50,949 nucleotides of DNA from a plasmid, in the sequence record NZ_CP034927.1. The stretch is one strand, 5' to 3'. Of this stretch, positions 34,382 through 44,224 are shown piece after piece (the stretch's first letter is position 1; every line of letters starts with the position of its first letter). A program made the translations under genes and the position numbers. The notes under the pieces were generated by a model, which did no database searches, was not told the DNA's origin, and worked only from the letters and a program-made list of their open reading frames with translations.

Positions 34382-35642
34382 CCCCTCCGCTGCCGACGTC
34401 TTCCTGATCCTCGCACCCATTGGACGCGACGCCGCGGAAATCGCCCGTGTGCTCGATGGGATGGATGTCTCGACACGGGTGGCAGGAACGCTCGCTGAAC
34501 TCTGCGCCATCCTCGAGCCCAACCATGGCTCGGGCTTCGCGGCGTTGTTGCTCACCGAGGAAGCACTCATTGGTGGAGCCGGGGAGCTGACCGCTTTCCT
34601 CCGGCGGCAACCGCCCTGGTCGGACCTGCCTGTGATCCTCCTGACCTCTGGTGGCCGATGGCGTGGAGCCGAGGGGCGCTGGGCTGCTTTCGAAGCCCTC
34701 GGCAACGTCACCCTGCTGACCCGCCCGCTGCATGCGGAGACCCTCCTCAGTGCGGCACGGGCCGCGCTCCGGGCGCGGGCGCGCCAGCACGAAACCCGCA
34801 GCCACCTCGAGGCCCTGAAGCTTGCGGCGGAAACGCTCGAGGCGCGCGTCGCCGAACGTACCGAGGCGCTGGAGGCCGAGACGGCCGGGCGTATCGCAGC
34901 CCAGGAGCGTCTTCTCCAGGTGCAGAAGATGGAGGCGATCGGTCAGCTCGCGGGAGGGGTGGCACACGACTTCAACAACTCCTCGGCGGTTGTGCTGGCG
35001 GGCCTCTCGCTGCTGGAACGGCGATACGGCGCGGCGCTGGCGGCCTCGGGCCCGGGGGCATCCCGGCTGCTGGCGGAGCTGCGCGATGGAGCCGAGCGCG
35101 GCGCGGAAGTCTCCCGCAGGCTTCTCGCCTTCTCGCGCCGGGAGAAGCTGCATGCCACGGAATTGGATGCGGCCCAGGTCCTGGGCGGCCTGCGCACGAT
35201 GCTGGCCAATGCGCTCGGGCCGGGGATCAGGATACGGGTGGAAGTACCGGCACAGGCCGCGCGGATCCGGGCCGACCGCCGCCAACTCGAAACGGTGCTG
35301 ATCAATCTCGCCATCAACGCTCGCGACGCCATGCCGAACGGCGGTGAGGTGACCTTCACCGCGGCGGCGGAAGTGGTTCCGGCGGACCATCGGACTCATG
35401 TCCCGGACCTGAAGCCCGGAGCCTATGTGCGCCTCGTCGTCGCGGACGCCGGAACCGGCATGGACATGAAAACCCTTGCGCGGGCGACCGAACCCTTCTT
35501 CACGACGAAACCGCAGGACCGCGGCACAGGCCTCGGGCTTTCCATGGCGGACGGTTTCGCGGTCCAGTCCGGGGGTGCCCTGCGCCTCGAGAGCGAATCT
35601 GGCCGGGGGACGAAGGTCTTTCTCTGGCTGCCGCAGGCCTGA
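34365..35642 (+). CDS. histidine kinase with N-terminal receiver-like domain (HisKA plus HATPase_c), coupled to kaiC
   Basis: The H-box is GGVAHDFNNS. The G-boxes are VADAGTGMD and GTGLGLS. The N-terminal CheY-like domain appears to lack the phospho-acceptor Asp (ALLLTEEAL). The gene overlaps the kaiC 3' end. Confidence 0.8.
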   Translation: MMQQADPSAADVFLILAPIGRDAAEIARVLDGMDVSTRVAGTLAELCAILEPNHGSGFAALLLTEEALIGGAGELTAFLRRQPPWSDLPVILLTSGGRWRGAEGRWAAFEALGNVTLLTRPLHAETLLSAARAALRARARQHETRSHLEALKLAAETLEARVAERTEALEAETAGRIAAQERLLQVQKMEAIGQLAGGVAHDFNNSSAVVLAGLSLLERRYGAALAASGPGASRLLAELRDGAERGAEVSRRLLAFSRREKLHATELDAAQVLGGLRTMLANALGPGIRIRVEVPAQAARIRADRRQLETVLINLAINARDAMPNGGEVTFTAAAEVVPADHRTHVPDLKPGAYVRLVVADAGTGMDMKTLARATEPFFTTKPQDRGTGLGLSMADGFAVQSGGALRLESESGRGTKVFLWLPQA

Positions 35643-35794
35643 AGGACCGGTTCGCACCGACGATGGCAGCCCTCTGCCTTGACCGCCTCCATCCCGGCCG
35701 GGATCGACGAACGGCATGGAAGGGGAGGAGGTCTGCCATACACCGGACGGGGCCCCGAAGGCTCCCCCTCACGGCGCCTGCAGAGGTCGGCGGC

Positions 35795-36907
35795 ATGACA
35801 GGCTGGGACGAAGACGATCCAGAAGACACCATCGGGCCGCCCTGGGCCACGCGCCGGTCGGGTCGGCATCCACCGATGGCCATGCCTGATCCCGCCCAGC
35901 TGCTCCTCCCGCTGAGCCAGGCCGAGGACCTGCTCTCGCGCCTCGACGCCCGTGCCGGGGCCGCTTCCGAGGCGCTGCGCGAGGGCCTGGTCGCCCGCCT
36001 GGCACTCGCCGAGGCCGCAGCCTGGCTCACCCAGGCGGGACTGCCCACCCATCCGCACGACCTTGGCTTACGCGCCGCCGGCCTCACCGGCTCCTGGAGC
36101 GCCGCCTCCGACCTCCACCGCCTGGAGCGGGCCATGCCCGCCACCTGGGGCGGAAGCGATGGCGAGGTGGGTGCGGTCGCGGCCGAGCACCCGGTGGAGC
36201 AGGCCCTCGCCCTGGCCCGCCTGCTGACGCGGCTGCCGGTCTTTCGCGGCGATCCGCTCGATGACGCCGATCGCCTTGCCGCGGCGCTGCGCAGCTTGGG
36301 CGACAGCGCCTGGCCGGCGGCCACCGCCTCGCCCGGTGCCGCTATCCCGGACGTCGCGGCCTGGCGGCGAGGCTGGCTGCAAACGGGGGAGGGGGCGCCG
36401 GCCCTCCTCGCCGCCGCGCAGGCCGCGGCCCGCTGGCTGCGCGAGGCGGGGGAAGGCGACATCGCCCGGCCGGAGCCGCAGCAGGCGATCTTCCTGGCCG
36501 CCGTGCTGCTGAAGCGCCGGCAGCGGCTGGCGCACGTGCCGCTGCCCTTCTGGGCAGGGGCGGGGCCGGGGCAGCGGCTGCCGCGACCCACCGGGGATCC
36601 GGCCACGTGGCCCTTGCTGTTCCTCGCCCGCGTGGCCGCGGCGGCCCGGCGCGGACTGGAAGTGCTCGACCGGCTGGAGGCAGCACAGGCGAAGCTGGTC
36701 GCCCTGACCGAAGGCACGCGGCGCTCCTCCTCGCTGCCCGCCGCGGCGGCGCTGGTGCTGCGCCGGCCACTCGTCACCGCGCCGCAACTGGCGAAGGACC
36801 TCGGCCTGACCCATCAGGGCGCGCTGCTGATCCTGGCCAGGCTGCAGGAGGCCCGGATCGTCCAGGAGGTGACGGGCAGGGGGAGCTTCAGAGCTTTCGG
36901 CACATAG
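35795..36907 (+). CDS. DUF1612-like protein with C-terminal helix-turn-helix (rhizobial plasmid-associated family)
   Basis: 370 aa. The C-terminal APQLAKDLGLTHQGALLILARLQEARIVQEV is a helix-turn-helix. The DUF1612 assignment is from memory of rhizobial homologs and should be verified. Confidence 0.55.
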   Translation: MTGWDEDDPEDTIGPPWATRRSGRHPPMAMPDPAQLLLPLSQAEDLLSRLDARAGAASEALREGLVARLALAEAAAWLTQAGLPTHPHDLGLRAAGLTGSWSAASDLHRLERAMPATWGGSDGEVGAVAAEHPVEQALALARLLTRLPVFRGDPLDDADRLAAALRSLGDSAWPAATASPGAAIPDVAAWRRGWLQTGEGAPALLAAAQAAARWLREAGEGDIARPEPQQAIFLAAVLLKRRQRLAHVPLPFWAGAGPGQRLPRPTGDPATWPLLFLARVAAAARRGLEVLDRLEAAQAKLVALTEGTRRSSSLPAAAALVLRRPLVTAPQLAKDLGLTHQGALLILARLQEARIVQEVTGRGSFRAFGT

Positions 36908-36923
36908 GAGATGCTCACCTTTT

Positions 36924-38382
36924 AGCTCGACTTTGGCCATCTGAGGCAGGCGTAGGCGGCGAGGCGGGTGACTGGCTAGGCTGGCGTGTCCCCGCCAAGA
37001 GACGCCGCCATGCTTCACCTGCCATCCCGCTTCGCCGCGGTGATCCTGAGCTTTGCGCCGCTGTTTTTCCAGCGCAGCTGGCAACACGCGGAGGTGCTGC
37101 TGATCGGGGCTATCCTGGCACCCGGCAAACGTACGGTGACCAGCCTGTTGCAGATCAGCGGGCTCGCGCAGGAGCGGCGCTTCGTGAACTATCATCGGGT
37201 GCTCAACCGGGCGGTCTGGAGCCCCCGGGCAGCATCGCGTCTTCTGCTGGCGCACCTGATCACAGCCTTCGCGCCGGATGGGCCGGTCATTCTGGGCATT
37301 GACGACACGATTGAGCGGCGCCGTGGCAAGCGGATTGCGGCCATGGGCATCTACCGCGACCCGGTACGCTCCAGCCACGGCCACTTCGTAAAGGCTTCTG
37401 GCCTGCGTTGGATCAGCCTGATGCTCTTGGCACCTGTTCCCTGGGCCGGTCGGGTTTGGGCGCTGCCGTTCCTGTCCGCGCTGGCGCCCTCGGAACGGTT
37501 TTGTCGCGACCAGGGACAGCGGCACAAGAAGCTCACCGACTGGGCCCGCCAAATGATCCTGCAGACACGCCGCTGGCTTCCTGGGCGGGACATCGTGCTG
37601 GTCGGCGACAGCGGCTTTGCAGCCCTGGAACTGCTGGCTGCGCTGACCCGGCACAGGATCACCGGGGTCACGCGCCTGCGGCTCGATGCCGCGCTCTATG
37701 ACCCGGCGCCACCCCGGCTGCCTGGCACCAATGGTCGGCCCCGTACCAAAGGGGCGCGCCGGCCCAACCTGGCGGAGGTGCTGGTCCGCACCGATACATG
37801 CTGGCAGCGCATGGTGGTCCCCCGCTGGTACGGTGGGGGCGAGCGTCACGTCGAGATCTGCTCGGCCACTGCCGTGTGGCGTCATGGCGGGATGCCCATC
37901 GTGCCGATCCGCTGGGTGCTGGTCCGCGATCCTCATCGCCGGTTCGAGCCGCAGGCCCTGCTGTGCACCGAGCCTGATCGAACGCCGGAGCAGATCCTGT
38001 TCTGGTTCATCCAGCGCTGGCAACTGGAGGTGACCTTCCAGGAGACCAGGGTGCATCTTGGGGTCGAGACTCAGCGACAGTGGTCGGACCTCGCCATCGC
38101 CCGCACCACGCCATGCCTGCTCGGGCTGTTCTCCCTCGTCACCCTCCTGGCCGCCCAGCTCAGAACCTCAGAACGCAGAGCCGCAATGAGCAGCGCCTGG
38201 TACCGCAAGGACCGTCCGACCTTCAGTGACACCCTCGCCGCCGTGCGGCGGCACATCTGGCGTGAGCAAGGTTTCCTCACATCCCGGCACAGCGGTCACA
38301 GCACAAAACCTCGGCGAGCGCTCCAGCACGCCTGGGCTTACGCCATCTGCCACGCCGCGTGATGGCCAAAGTCGAGCTTAGA
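36924..38382 (+). mobile_element. IS701/IS4-superfamily insertion sequence (about 1.46 kb)
   Basis: It has a perfect 18-bp terminal IR AGCTCGACTTTGGCCATC / GATGGCCAAAGTCGAGCT and one transposase ORF. Confidence 0.7.
37010..38362 (+). CDS. IS701-like (IS4 superfamily) DDE transposase
   Basis: ILGIDDTIERRRGKRIAAMGIYRDP...IVLVGDSGFAALELLAAL...WQLEVTFQETRVHLGVETQRQW matches the DDE_5/IS701 pattern. Confidence 0.8.
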   Translation: MLHLPSRFAAVILSFAPLFFQRSWQHAEVLLIGAILAPGKRTVTSLLQISGLAQERRFVNYHRVLNRAVWSPRAASRLLLAHLITAFAPDGPVILGIDDTIERRRGKRIAAMGIYRDPVRSSHGHFVKASGLRWISLMLLAPVPWAGRVWALPFLSALAPSERFCRDQGQRHKKLTDWARQMILQTRRWLPGRDIVLVGDSGFAALELLAALTRHRITGVTRLRLDAALYDPAPPRLPGTNGRPRTKGARRPNLAEVLVRTDTCWQRMVVPRWYGGGERHVEICSATAVWRHGGMPIVPIRWVLVRDPHRRFEPQALLCTEPDRTPEQILFWFIQRWQLEVTFQETRVHLGVETQRQWSDLAIARTTPCLLGLFSLVTLLAAQLRTSERRAAMSSAWYRKDRPTFSDTLAAVRRHIWREQGFLTSRHSGHSTKPRRALQHAWAYAICHAA

Positions 38383-39296
38383 CCCCGTTTCAAAACGGCT
38401 GAGGCGGGGTGAGCGGCGGGGGTTCTGCGCGTTCGGAGGGTGTCTGACGTCCTTCGAGGTGGCCCATGTGGACCCCTGCCGCCCGCGCGCAGCTTGCGCG
38501 CGGCTCCCAGCCTTATGCAACGTGCCTGACCGATGCCGAGTGGGCCCTGGTCGAGCCCTTCTTGCCAAGCCCTGCAAGGACCGGACGACCCCGGTCCTGG
38601 CCGATGCGGCGGGTCGTCGATGCGATCCTCTACGTGCTCCGTACCGGTTGCGCCTGGGCGCATCTGCCCCGCGACTTCCCGCCGCCCGGGACCGTGCACC
38701 GTTGGTTCCTGCGCCTCTCGCGCCGGGGCACCTTCGAGCGACTGGCGCACGCCCTCATCATGGCCGACCGCGAGCGGGTCGGCCGAGAGGCCTCACCGAC
38801 AGCGGCGGTGTTGGACGCCCAATCCGTCCGCTCGGGCGGTGTCGGCGTGAAAGGTGTCCGCGGCTACGATGCCGGGAAGAAGGTGACGGGCCGCAAGCGC
38901 CACGCCCTGGTGGACACGGACGGTAGGCTCCTGCTCGCCGCCATCTCGCCCGCCTGCCTGCATGACAGCCGCGGCGGTGCGGCCCTCCTGGCCATGTCGC
39001 GCCGCCCTTGGCCGTTCCTGGCCCGCTGCTTCGCCGACCGCGCCTACGCCGGTCCGCGTGTCGCCCGAGCCTCCCCCGTCGCCGTTACCATCATCGGCAG
39101 CGCACCCGGCCAGAAAGGCTTCGCCGTGCAACCCAGGCGCTGGGTGGTGGAGAGGTCCTTCGCTTGGTTCGGCCGCTGCCGACGCCTCGCTCGCGATCAC
39201 GAGGCCACCGTCGGTTCCGCCGTCGCCTTCTTCACCCTCGCCGCCGCCATGATCCTCGTCCGGCGTCTGGCTCAGCCGTTATGAAACGGGGTCTGA
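38383..39296 (+). mobile_element. second IS5-family (IS427-group) element with fused single transposase ORF
   Basis: The ends are AGACCCCGTTTCAAAACGGCTGAG and the reverse complement AGACCCCGTTTCATAACGGCTGAG. It abuts the IS701-like right IR. Confidence 0.65.
38466..39284 (+). CDS. IS427-group transposase (272 aa, OrfAB fused in one frame)
   Basis: LTDAEWALVEPFLPSPARTGRPRSWPMRRVVDAILYVLRTGCAWAHLPRDFPP...WVVERSFAWFGRCRRLARDHE. Confidence 0.8.
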   Translation: MWTPAARAQLARGSQPYATCLTDAEWALVEPFLPSPARTGRPRSWPMRRVVDAILYVLRTGCAWAHLPRDFPPPGTVHRWFLRLSRRGTFERLAHALIMADRERVGREASPTAAVLDAQSVRSGGVGVKGVRGYDAGKKVTGRKRHALVDTDGRLLLAAISPACLHDSRGGAALLAMSRRPWPFLARCFADRAYAGPRVARASPVAVTIIGSAPGQKGFAVQPRRWVVERSFAWFGRCRRLARDHEATVGSAVAFFTLAAAMILVRRLAQPL

Positions 39297-39848
39297 CAGA
39301 TGGCGAAAGAAGACATCCGAGCGGTCGGAACGGACAGCGGCCACCTCGCTTGGCTCATCCAGCATGACTCCCAGGAAGGCGCCTGGAAACGCCTCCACCA
39401 CGGCCCTGTCGTGGATGCGTACCGCATGCCTGGCGGGCTCGACGGTACACCCGCGCAGCACGATGCGGGCGCAGTCGTTGGCCGCGGCATTGAGCGCCTT
39501 GCCGACCGGGGCACTCGCTTGGCCAGGCTTGCCGATCCTGGCACCCAGGCGGCGCGTCAGTATCCGCTCCGCGGCACGATAGCGGCCAATCGCGTCGAGG
39601 CCCGCGCGCAACGGACCATCAAAGGCCGCGGCCTGGAGCCGGACCCTGCCGGCGACGCCGTGGATCGCGGCCTCCTGCTCGGCCGGAAGGGCCCGGAAGC
39701 GGCGAATATCCCAGGTGATCGCGCCTGGATCCCAGTCGAGCCGGCAGACGGCGCTGCTGCGACGCTTCGGCGAGAAGCCCACATCCACACCCAGCACCGA
39801 GCCCATGGGTAGCGGGGCGGAATCCGCTCCGGGATCTGTCTGCGTCAT
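39297..39848 (-). pseudogene. DUF429-like (predicted RNase-H-fold nuclease) gene, 3' end replaced by the IS427-group insertion
   Basis: MGSVLGVDVGFSPKRRSSAVCRLDWD... The final codons of the ORF in the track (…RSDRSDVFFRHLSDPVS) are encoded by the IS terminus. The DUF429 assignment is tentative. Confidence 0.4.
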
Positions 39849-40078
39849 GGCCCCAGGCTGCGCGACCGGCTGCGCAACGACAAGGGCGCTTCCCGGTTGG
39901 TCGATGAGAGACAGGCCGGATGGCGCTCGCGCCGTACGAGTTCGTGAGTCAACGTGGACGCTCATGCCGCAAGGTAACCACCGTATGCGAGCACTTGTGA
40001 CCCGAGACTGCTCATGGAGGAGGGAGCGCCGCCTCTTTCATGTTCACGAATCGTTCCTGTTTGCCCTAGCCTGATCGC

Positions 40079-40321
40079 ATGAGCGACGCCCTCTCCCCGA
40101 CCAAGCCCGGCGATCTCGCCCGGTCACTGCGCTACGCCCTTCAGCGTGACGAGCGCGGCCGGCCCCTGGCGCCCGAACACCGGGACAATCCCGACTTCAT
40201 GGCCGCTTGGCTGATCCGGCACCTGGAGCGCAGTGGCTATCTGGTCCTCAAGCGGCCCATCTCCCTGTTCCCGGACCAAAGCCAGGATGGTCCGGGCTTC
40301 CAGCACATGCTGGCGGATTGA
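40079..40321 (+). CDS. hypothetical protein (80 aa)
   Basis: Third-position GC is good, but no family is recognised. Confidence 0.4.
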   Translation: MSDALSPTKPGDLARSLRYALQRDERGRPLAPEHRDNPDFMAAWLIRHLERSGYLVLKRPISLFPDQSQDGPGFQHMLAD

Positions 40322-40503
40322 GGCTATGCCGGGGCGTGTGGAGCCTGCCTTTGGCACAGGCTCATGCGAATGGGTGACACCGCTCCGCCACGTCGCCAAA
40401 GTCTCAATTTAGATATATCTCTATCGAATTGACGCCATCCGCATGAACGTCGCGGAGTTCCCTGGCCGCCTGAGCCCGTTCGGGCGGCTGAAGGAGCTTT
40501 CCC

Positions 40504-41514
40504 GTGGCGACGATCTATGGCGACACCAGCACCAGCCTGTCCTGTCATCAGGTTGGAGGCGACCAGTTCATCCAGGGCGACGACGGCGTGAACTCCTACA
40601 CGGCCGTCTACAACTACCTCTATGGCGATGCCTACCTGATGCGTGGCTTCGCACGCGGCGGCAACGACACGATCCTCGGCGGCAGCGCCGGCATCCTGAA
40701 CGAGCAGATCTACGGCGATGCCTATGTCATGCGGGACTTCACGCAGGGCGGCAACGACCTGATCGTCGGCGGCAGCGGGGACAGCCACTCGAACCCGCTG
40801 GCCTTCGGCGACGCCTATGAGATGCATGGCTTCGCCCACGGCGGTGACGACCGGATCCTGGGTGGGAGCGGCACCGTCTACGGCGACGCCTTCACCATGG
40901 ACGGCTTCACCGTGGGCGGCGACGACATGATCACGGCCGGCTCCCTGCGGAAGTCGGTCTTCGGCGACGCCGCCACCCTGTCGGGCTTCGCCAGGGGTGG
41001 GAATGATCACATCCAGGTCGCGGACAGCTGGGCCGAGGTGTACGTCTACGGCGACGGTGCCCTGTCCGGCTTCGCGCGGGGCGGGAACGACCACATCGTC
41101 GGCGGGGCGAACTCCCCCTACGAGATCCTCGTGGGCGACGGTTCCCTGAGCGGCTTCGCGCGCGGCGGCGACGACGTGATCGTCGCGGGCAACGGCTCCT
41201 ACAACCTGATCTGGGGCGACGGCAGCAGGTCCGGGAGCTTCACGACCGGCGGCAACGACACCTTCGTCTTCACCCCGGGCGCCCGGCAGAACCAGATCAT
41301 GGACTTCGAGCAGGGCAAGGATCACATCGACCTGACGGCCTTCGCCAGCCAGGGCGTGCACGGCATCGGCGACCTGGCCATCCGCTCGGGCGACGTCGTG
41401 CTCGGCAACGGCCAGACCGTCCATGGCAGCTCGATCGACCTTGGCGGCCAGTACGAGTACATCGCCGTCCTGGATGTCACGCACCTCCAGGCCAGCGACT
41501 TCGTTTTCGCCTGA
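40504..41514 (+). CDS. secreted repeat protein with RTX-like tandem repeats (about 13 copies of YGDAxxMxGFAxGGNDxIxGG) and RTX-type C-terminal region
   Basis: GTG start with an AAGGAG RBS 9 nt upstream. The repeats were read by eye. The C-terminal FVFTPGARQNQIMDFEQGKDHIDLTAF...DVTHLQASDFVFA resembles T1SS substrate C-termini. There is no N-terminal signal peptide. Confidence 0.6.
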   Translation: MATIYGDTSTSLSCHQVGGDQFIQGDDGVNSYTAVYNYLYGDAYLMRGFARGGNDTILGGSAGILNEQIYGDAYVMRDFTQGGNDLIVGGSGDSHSNPLAFGDAYEMHGFAHGGDDRILGGSGTVYGDAFTMDGFTVGGDDMITAGSLRKSVFGDAATLSGFARGGNDHIQVADSWAEVYVYGDGALSGFARGGNDHIVGGANSPYEILVGDGSLSGFARGGDDVIVAGNGSYNLIWGDGSRSGSFTTGGNDTFVFTPGARQNQIMDFEQGKDHIDLTAFASQGVHGIGDLAIRSGDVVLGNGQTVHGSSIDLGGQYEYIAVLDVTHLQASDFVFA

Positions 41515-41554
41515 TCTGCATCCGGACATGACGATCCCGGCGCCGTCGCGACCG

Positions 41555-42124
41555 TCAGCGCCCGGCGCCGGGCCTCGTATCCTCCTCCAGCAGCTCGCTG
41601 ACGCTCAGGCTACCGCTGATCCGCCCGCGCCGCGCCAGCACGGCCACGGGCGTGCCCGGCCGCAGCACCTCGAACCGCGCCGGCCGCACCCGCACGCAGG
41701 GGGCCTGATCCCCGATGCGCAGGCAGACCACGTAGCGCTCGGGCTCGTGGTCCGGCACCACCGCGGTGCTGACCTGGCCGTTGGCCGAGATCACCGGCGC
41801 CACCGTCATGCCGCTGGAGGCCGGCCGCCAGGTCCGGCTGAGCACCACCCCCTCCAGCCGCTCCACCGGCCGGAAGGCGAAGTCCGCCAGCGTGAAGGCC
41901 AGCCACCAGGCCAGCGCCGCGGTGCCGATGGCCAGCAGCCACAGCGTGGCGCTGAGCAGCACCATCGGGAAGCGATGCTCCCCCGGCACCCGGGGCCGCA
42001 GCAGCGCCATCCAGGGATCGAGGAACATCTCCGCCAGCCACGAGGGCTCGCGCAGACCCTGCCCTGCCCCTCCGGATCCAGGTCCGTTCAAGTCGCCTCC
42101 CAGAGCCTGCCCGAGGCGCCGCAA
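41555..42124 (-). CDS. membrane protein, possibly DUF3592-like
   Basis: The TM segment is MVLLSATLWLLAIGTAALAWWLAF, followed by a soluble domain. It is the last gene of a 3-gene minus-strand operon. Confidence 0.4.
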   Translation of the reverse strand: MRRLGQALGGDLNGPGSGGAGQGLREPSWLAEMFLDPWMALLRPRVPGEHRFPMVLLSATLWLLAIGTAALAWWLAFTLADFAFRPVERLEGVVLSRTWRPASSGMTVAPVISANGQVSTAVVPDHEPERYVVCLRIGDQAPCVRVRPARFEVLRPGTPVAVLARRGRISGSLSVSELLEEDTRPGAGR

Positions 42125-42393
42125 TGGCCCTCACGCTCGTTGCCACGTTCGATGGCGCACAGCACGAAGTCCAGCGGATCCGGCATCGCCGGCTCGCCGG
42201 TGACCAGATGATCGGCCAGCGGCGGCAGCGGTGCGGGCTGGACCCGGGGATGCAGGCAGCAGGCCAGCCGCCAGGCCTCGCGCGCGCTGCGCGGCGACGG
42301 CAGGCCGCACAGCGTCCACAGATCCAGCCGGGCGTGCCGGCAGTCCCGGCACAGCCGGGGCGGCCGGCTGGAAGCGTCGGGCTCCCCGGCCAT
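42088..42393 (-). CDS. small Cys-rich hypothetical protein (about 101 aa)
   Basis: A strong GGAGGAGGGAGGG RBS lies upstream of the ATG at 42393. It has Cys pairs CRDCRH...C...CC...C. Confidence 0.35.
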   Translation of the reverse strand: MAGEPDASSRPPRLCRDCRHARLDLWTLCGLPSPRSAREAWRLACCLHPRVQPAPLPPLADHLVTGEPAMPDPLDFVLCAIERGNEREGHCGASGRLWEAT

Positions 42394-42415
42394 GGTCACC
42401 CTCCCTCCTCCTGCC

Positions 42416-42967
42416 TCAGGAGCCGACCACGAAGACCGAGGTCCGGTCGGCCCGCTCCTGGTGGGTGGCCAGGCGCACGCTGACCCAGACGCCGGGTGCG
42501 CCTTCCCATTCCCGCAGGTGCGGCCCATGCTCGTCCAGCAGGTCGTCACTGAGCACAGGTCCCGGGCTCACTTCCGCCGCCACCTCGTTGGCCGGCCGGT
42601 CCGGCCACTGGATCAGGTCGCCCACCTGGGGATGCTGCTCCTGCGGGAACAGGTAGGTGACGGTCTCGGGCGTCTCGGTGCGCGTCTCGGGCAGGCGCTC
42701 GATCACCAGCCGCGCCAGCTCGGGCAGCGCCTCGAAGAGATTGAGCGTGTCCTCCTCGCCCACCGTCCAGATCTTCTCCTTCGGGTTCCAGCGCGCGCTC
42801 CGGACCCGCTGCTTGAACAGCGCGATGACGGCCGGGTCGTAGCGGAACCCGACCTCGAAGTAGTGGCGCTTGCGCACCTGCACGCCCGGTACGCTGCGCG
42901 GCTCGGGCCCGGGGCGGCGCGCTGCGTCTCCGGGCCGCGGCACCTCGCCGCTGTGTTCCTCGTCCAT
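42416..42967 (-). CDS. hypothetical protein containing a HARP-like motif (183 aa)
   Basis: HYFEVGFRYDPAVIALFKQRVRSARWNPKEKIWTV aligns by eye with the SMARCAL1 HARP consensus (F.VEIGY.AELIAVFKQM.SR.YD.KTRKWSF). This is from recollection and needs a profile search. Confidence 0.45.
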   Translation of the reverse strand: MDEEHSGEVPRPGDAARRPGPEPRSVPGVQVRKRHYFEVGFRYDPAVIALFKQRVRSARWNPKEKIWTVGEEDTLNLFEALPELARLVIERLPETRTETPETVTYLFPQEQHPQVGDLIQWPDRPANEVAAEVSPGPVLSDDLLDEHGPHLREWEGAPGVWVSVRLATHQERADRTSVFVVGS

Positions 42968-43057
42968 GGGTCCTGTGGTCCTGCATGATGGGTGTGACGA
43001 CCGGGAGACGTGCTGGAGCAGGGCACATGTAGCCTATCGTCATAGGGATGATAAGAC

Positions 43058-43480
43058 GTGGAATCACCATGCGTGGACCTTCGGTCCGTCGCACGTCTCC
43101 CTGCGGCGATGGAACGGACGAAACGCGGCCCCGGGAGGGCCGGAGCGGCACAGGCGCAGCCACAGCGGGCGCGCGTCCCGCGCAGGCCGCGCCGGCCGCT
43201 GCCGGAACCGGAGGTGCCGGCCGGGGCGAAGGATCCGAGGGTCGTCCTGGGCGAGCGGGTGAACGCCCTGCGGGTAGCCCTCGGTCTCAGCCAGGAGGAC
43301 TTCGCTGGCCGGGTGGGGCTGGACCGGACCTATGTGAGCGGCATCGAACGCGGCCTGCGCAACCCCACCCTGCTGGTGCTGCTACGCCTGGCACAGGCGC
43401 TGGAGGTTCCGGTCACCGGGCTGCTGGAGGAGACGCAGGGGAAGGAGGGAAAGGGAGAGCGGCCGCCCGCGAAGCGCTGA
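43058..43480 (+). CDS. XRE-family HTH transcriptional regulator, divergent from the 42967..41555 operon
   Basis: LGERVNALRVALGLSQEDFAGRVGLDRTYVSGIERGLRNPTLLVLLRLAQAL. The true start is probably internal (for example GTG about 43214). Confidence 0.55.
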   Translation: MESPCVDLRSVARLPAAMERTKRGPGRAGAAQAQPQRARVPRRPRRPLPEPEVPAGAKDPRVVLGERVNALRVALGLSQEDFAGRVGLDRTYVSGIERGLRNPTLLVLLRLAQALEVPVTGLLEETQGKEGKGERPPAKR

Positions 43481-44224
43481 CGGGCAGCTTCCGTCATGGC
43501 CGGCACGGCAGGCGGGCAGGCCATGGGCCCCGTCCCGCTCTGCCGGCCCCGGCCATGACCCGCCGGGAGGGCGGGGCGCCGGCTCTGGTGAGGGAGGGCA
43601 CCGTCATCGCCTGACGCCCGCTACGAGACCGAGGTGGGCCGTCTATTGCTGCATCGCAATAGGCTACTGCGTGGCCCGGGCCATCAACCCGCACACGGGC
43701 GATAGAATTCCCGGTTTTCATTCCGATTTCATATTGAAAACGCGGATCCCAATCCCCATCTATGCTGCGGTGAAGCCGGGAGCCTGTTCGTTGCTTTCCG
43801 CCTTCCGGGCGCCTGTCGCCCTCACCCACCTTCCCCCATCCCCCTCATCCTGGCGGACCGATGCGCGCGCCTTCTGGCCGCGCTTCGGTCCCGGACCGCG
43901 CATCCGGCACTGAGCCGGCCGTCTTCTGCGAACCTCCTGCCCTGCCAGCGGTGGCAGCCCGATGACCGGGATGGGCCGCCCGGCGCTGCCCCCCGGGGGC
44001 CTTGCGCCGGCCCCGCCGCGTGCGCGCGGTGGATCCTCTTCCTGACCCCTTCGGCTTTCCTTCCCTTCTCCCGGCTTCACCACGCCTTCTCCCGATCCAC
44101 CTTCGCGGATCTCCGGTGATCACCGGCGGGAGGGAGGGGGCGCCACACCATCGCGCCCCCTCTTCTCCCCCGTCCCGTTGTCCCTGGCCGGTCTCGGTAG
44201 CTCCCAAGCCGACCGTCGCGGCCC

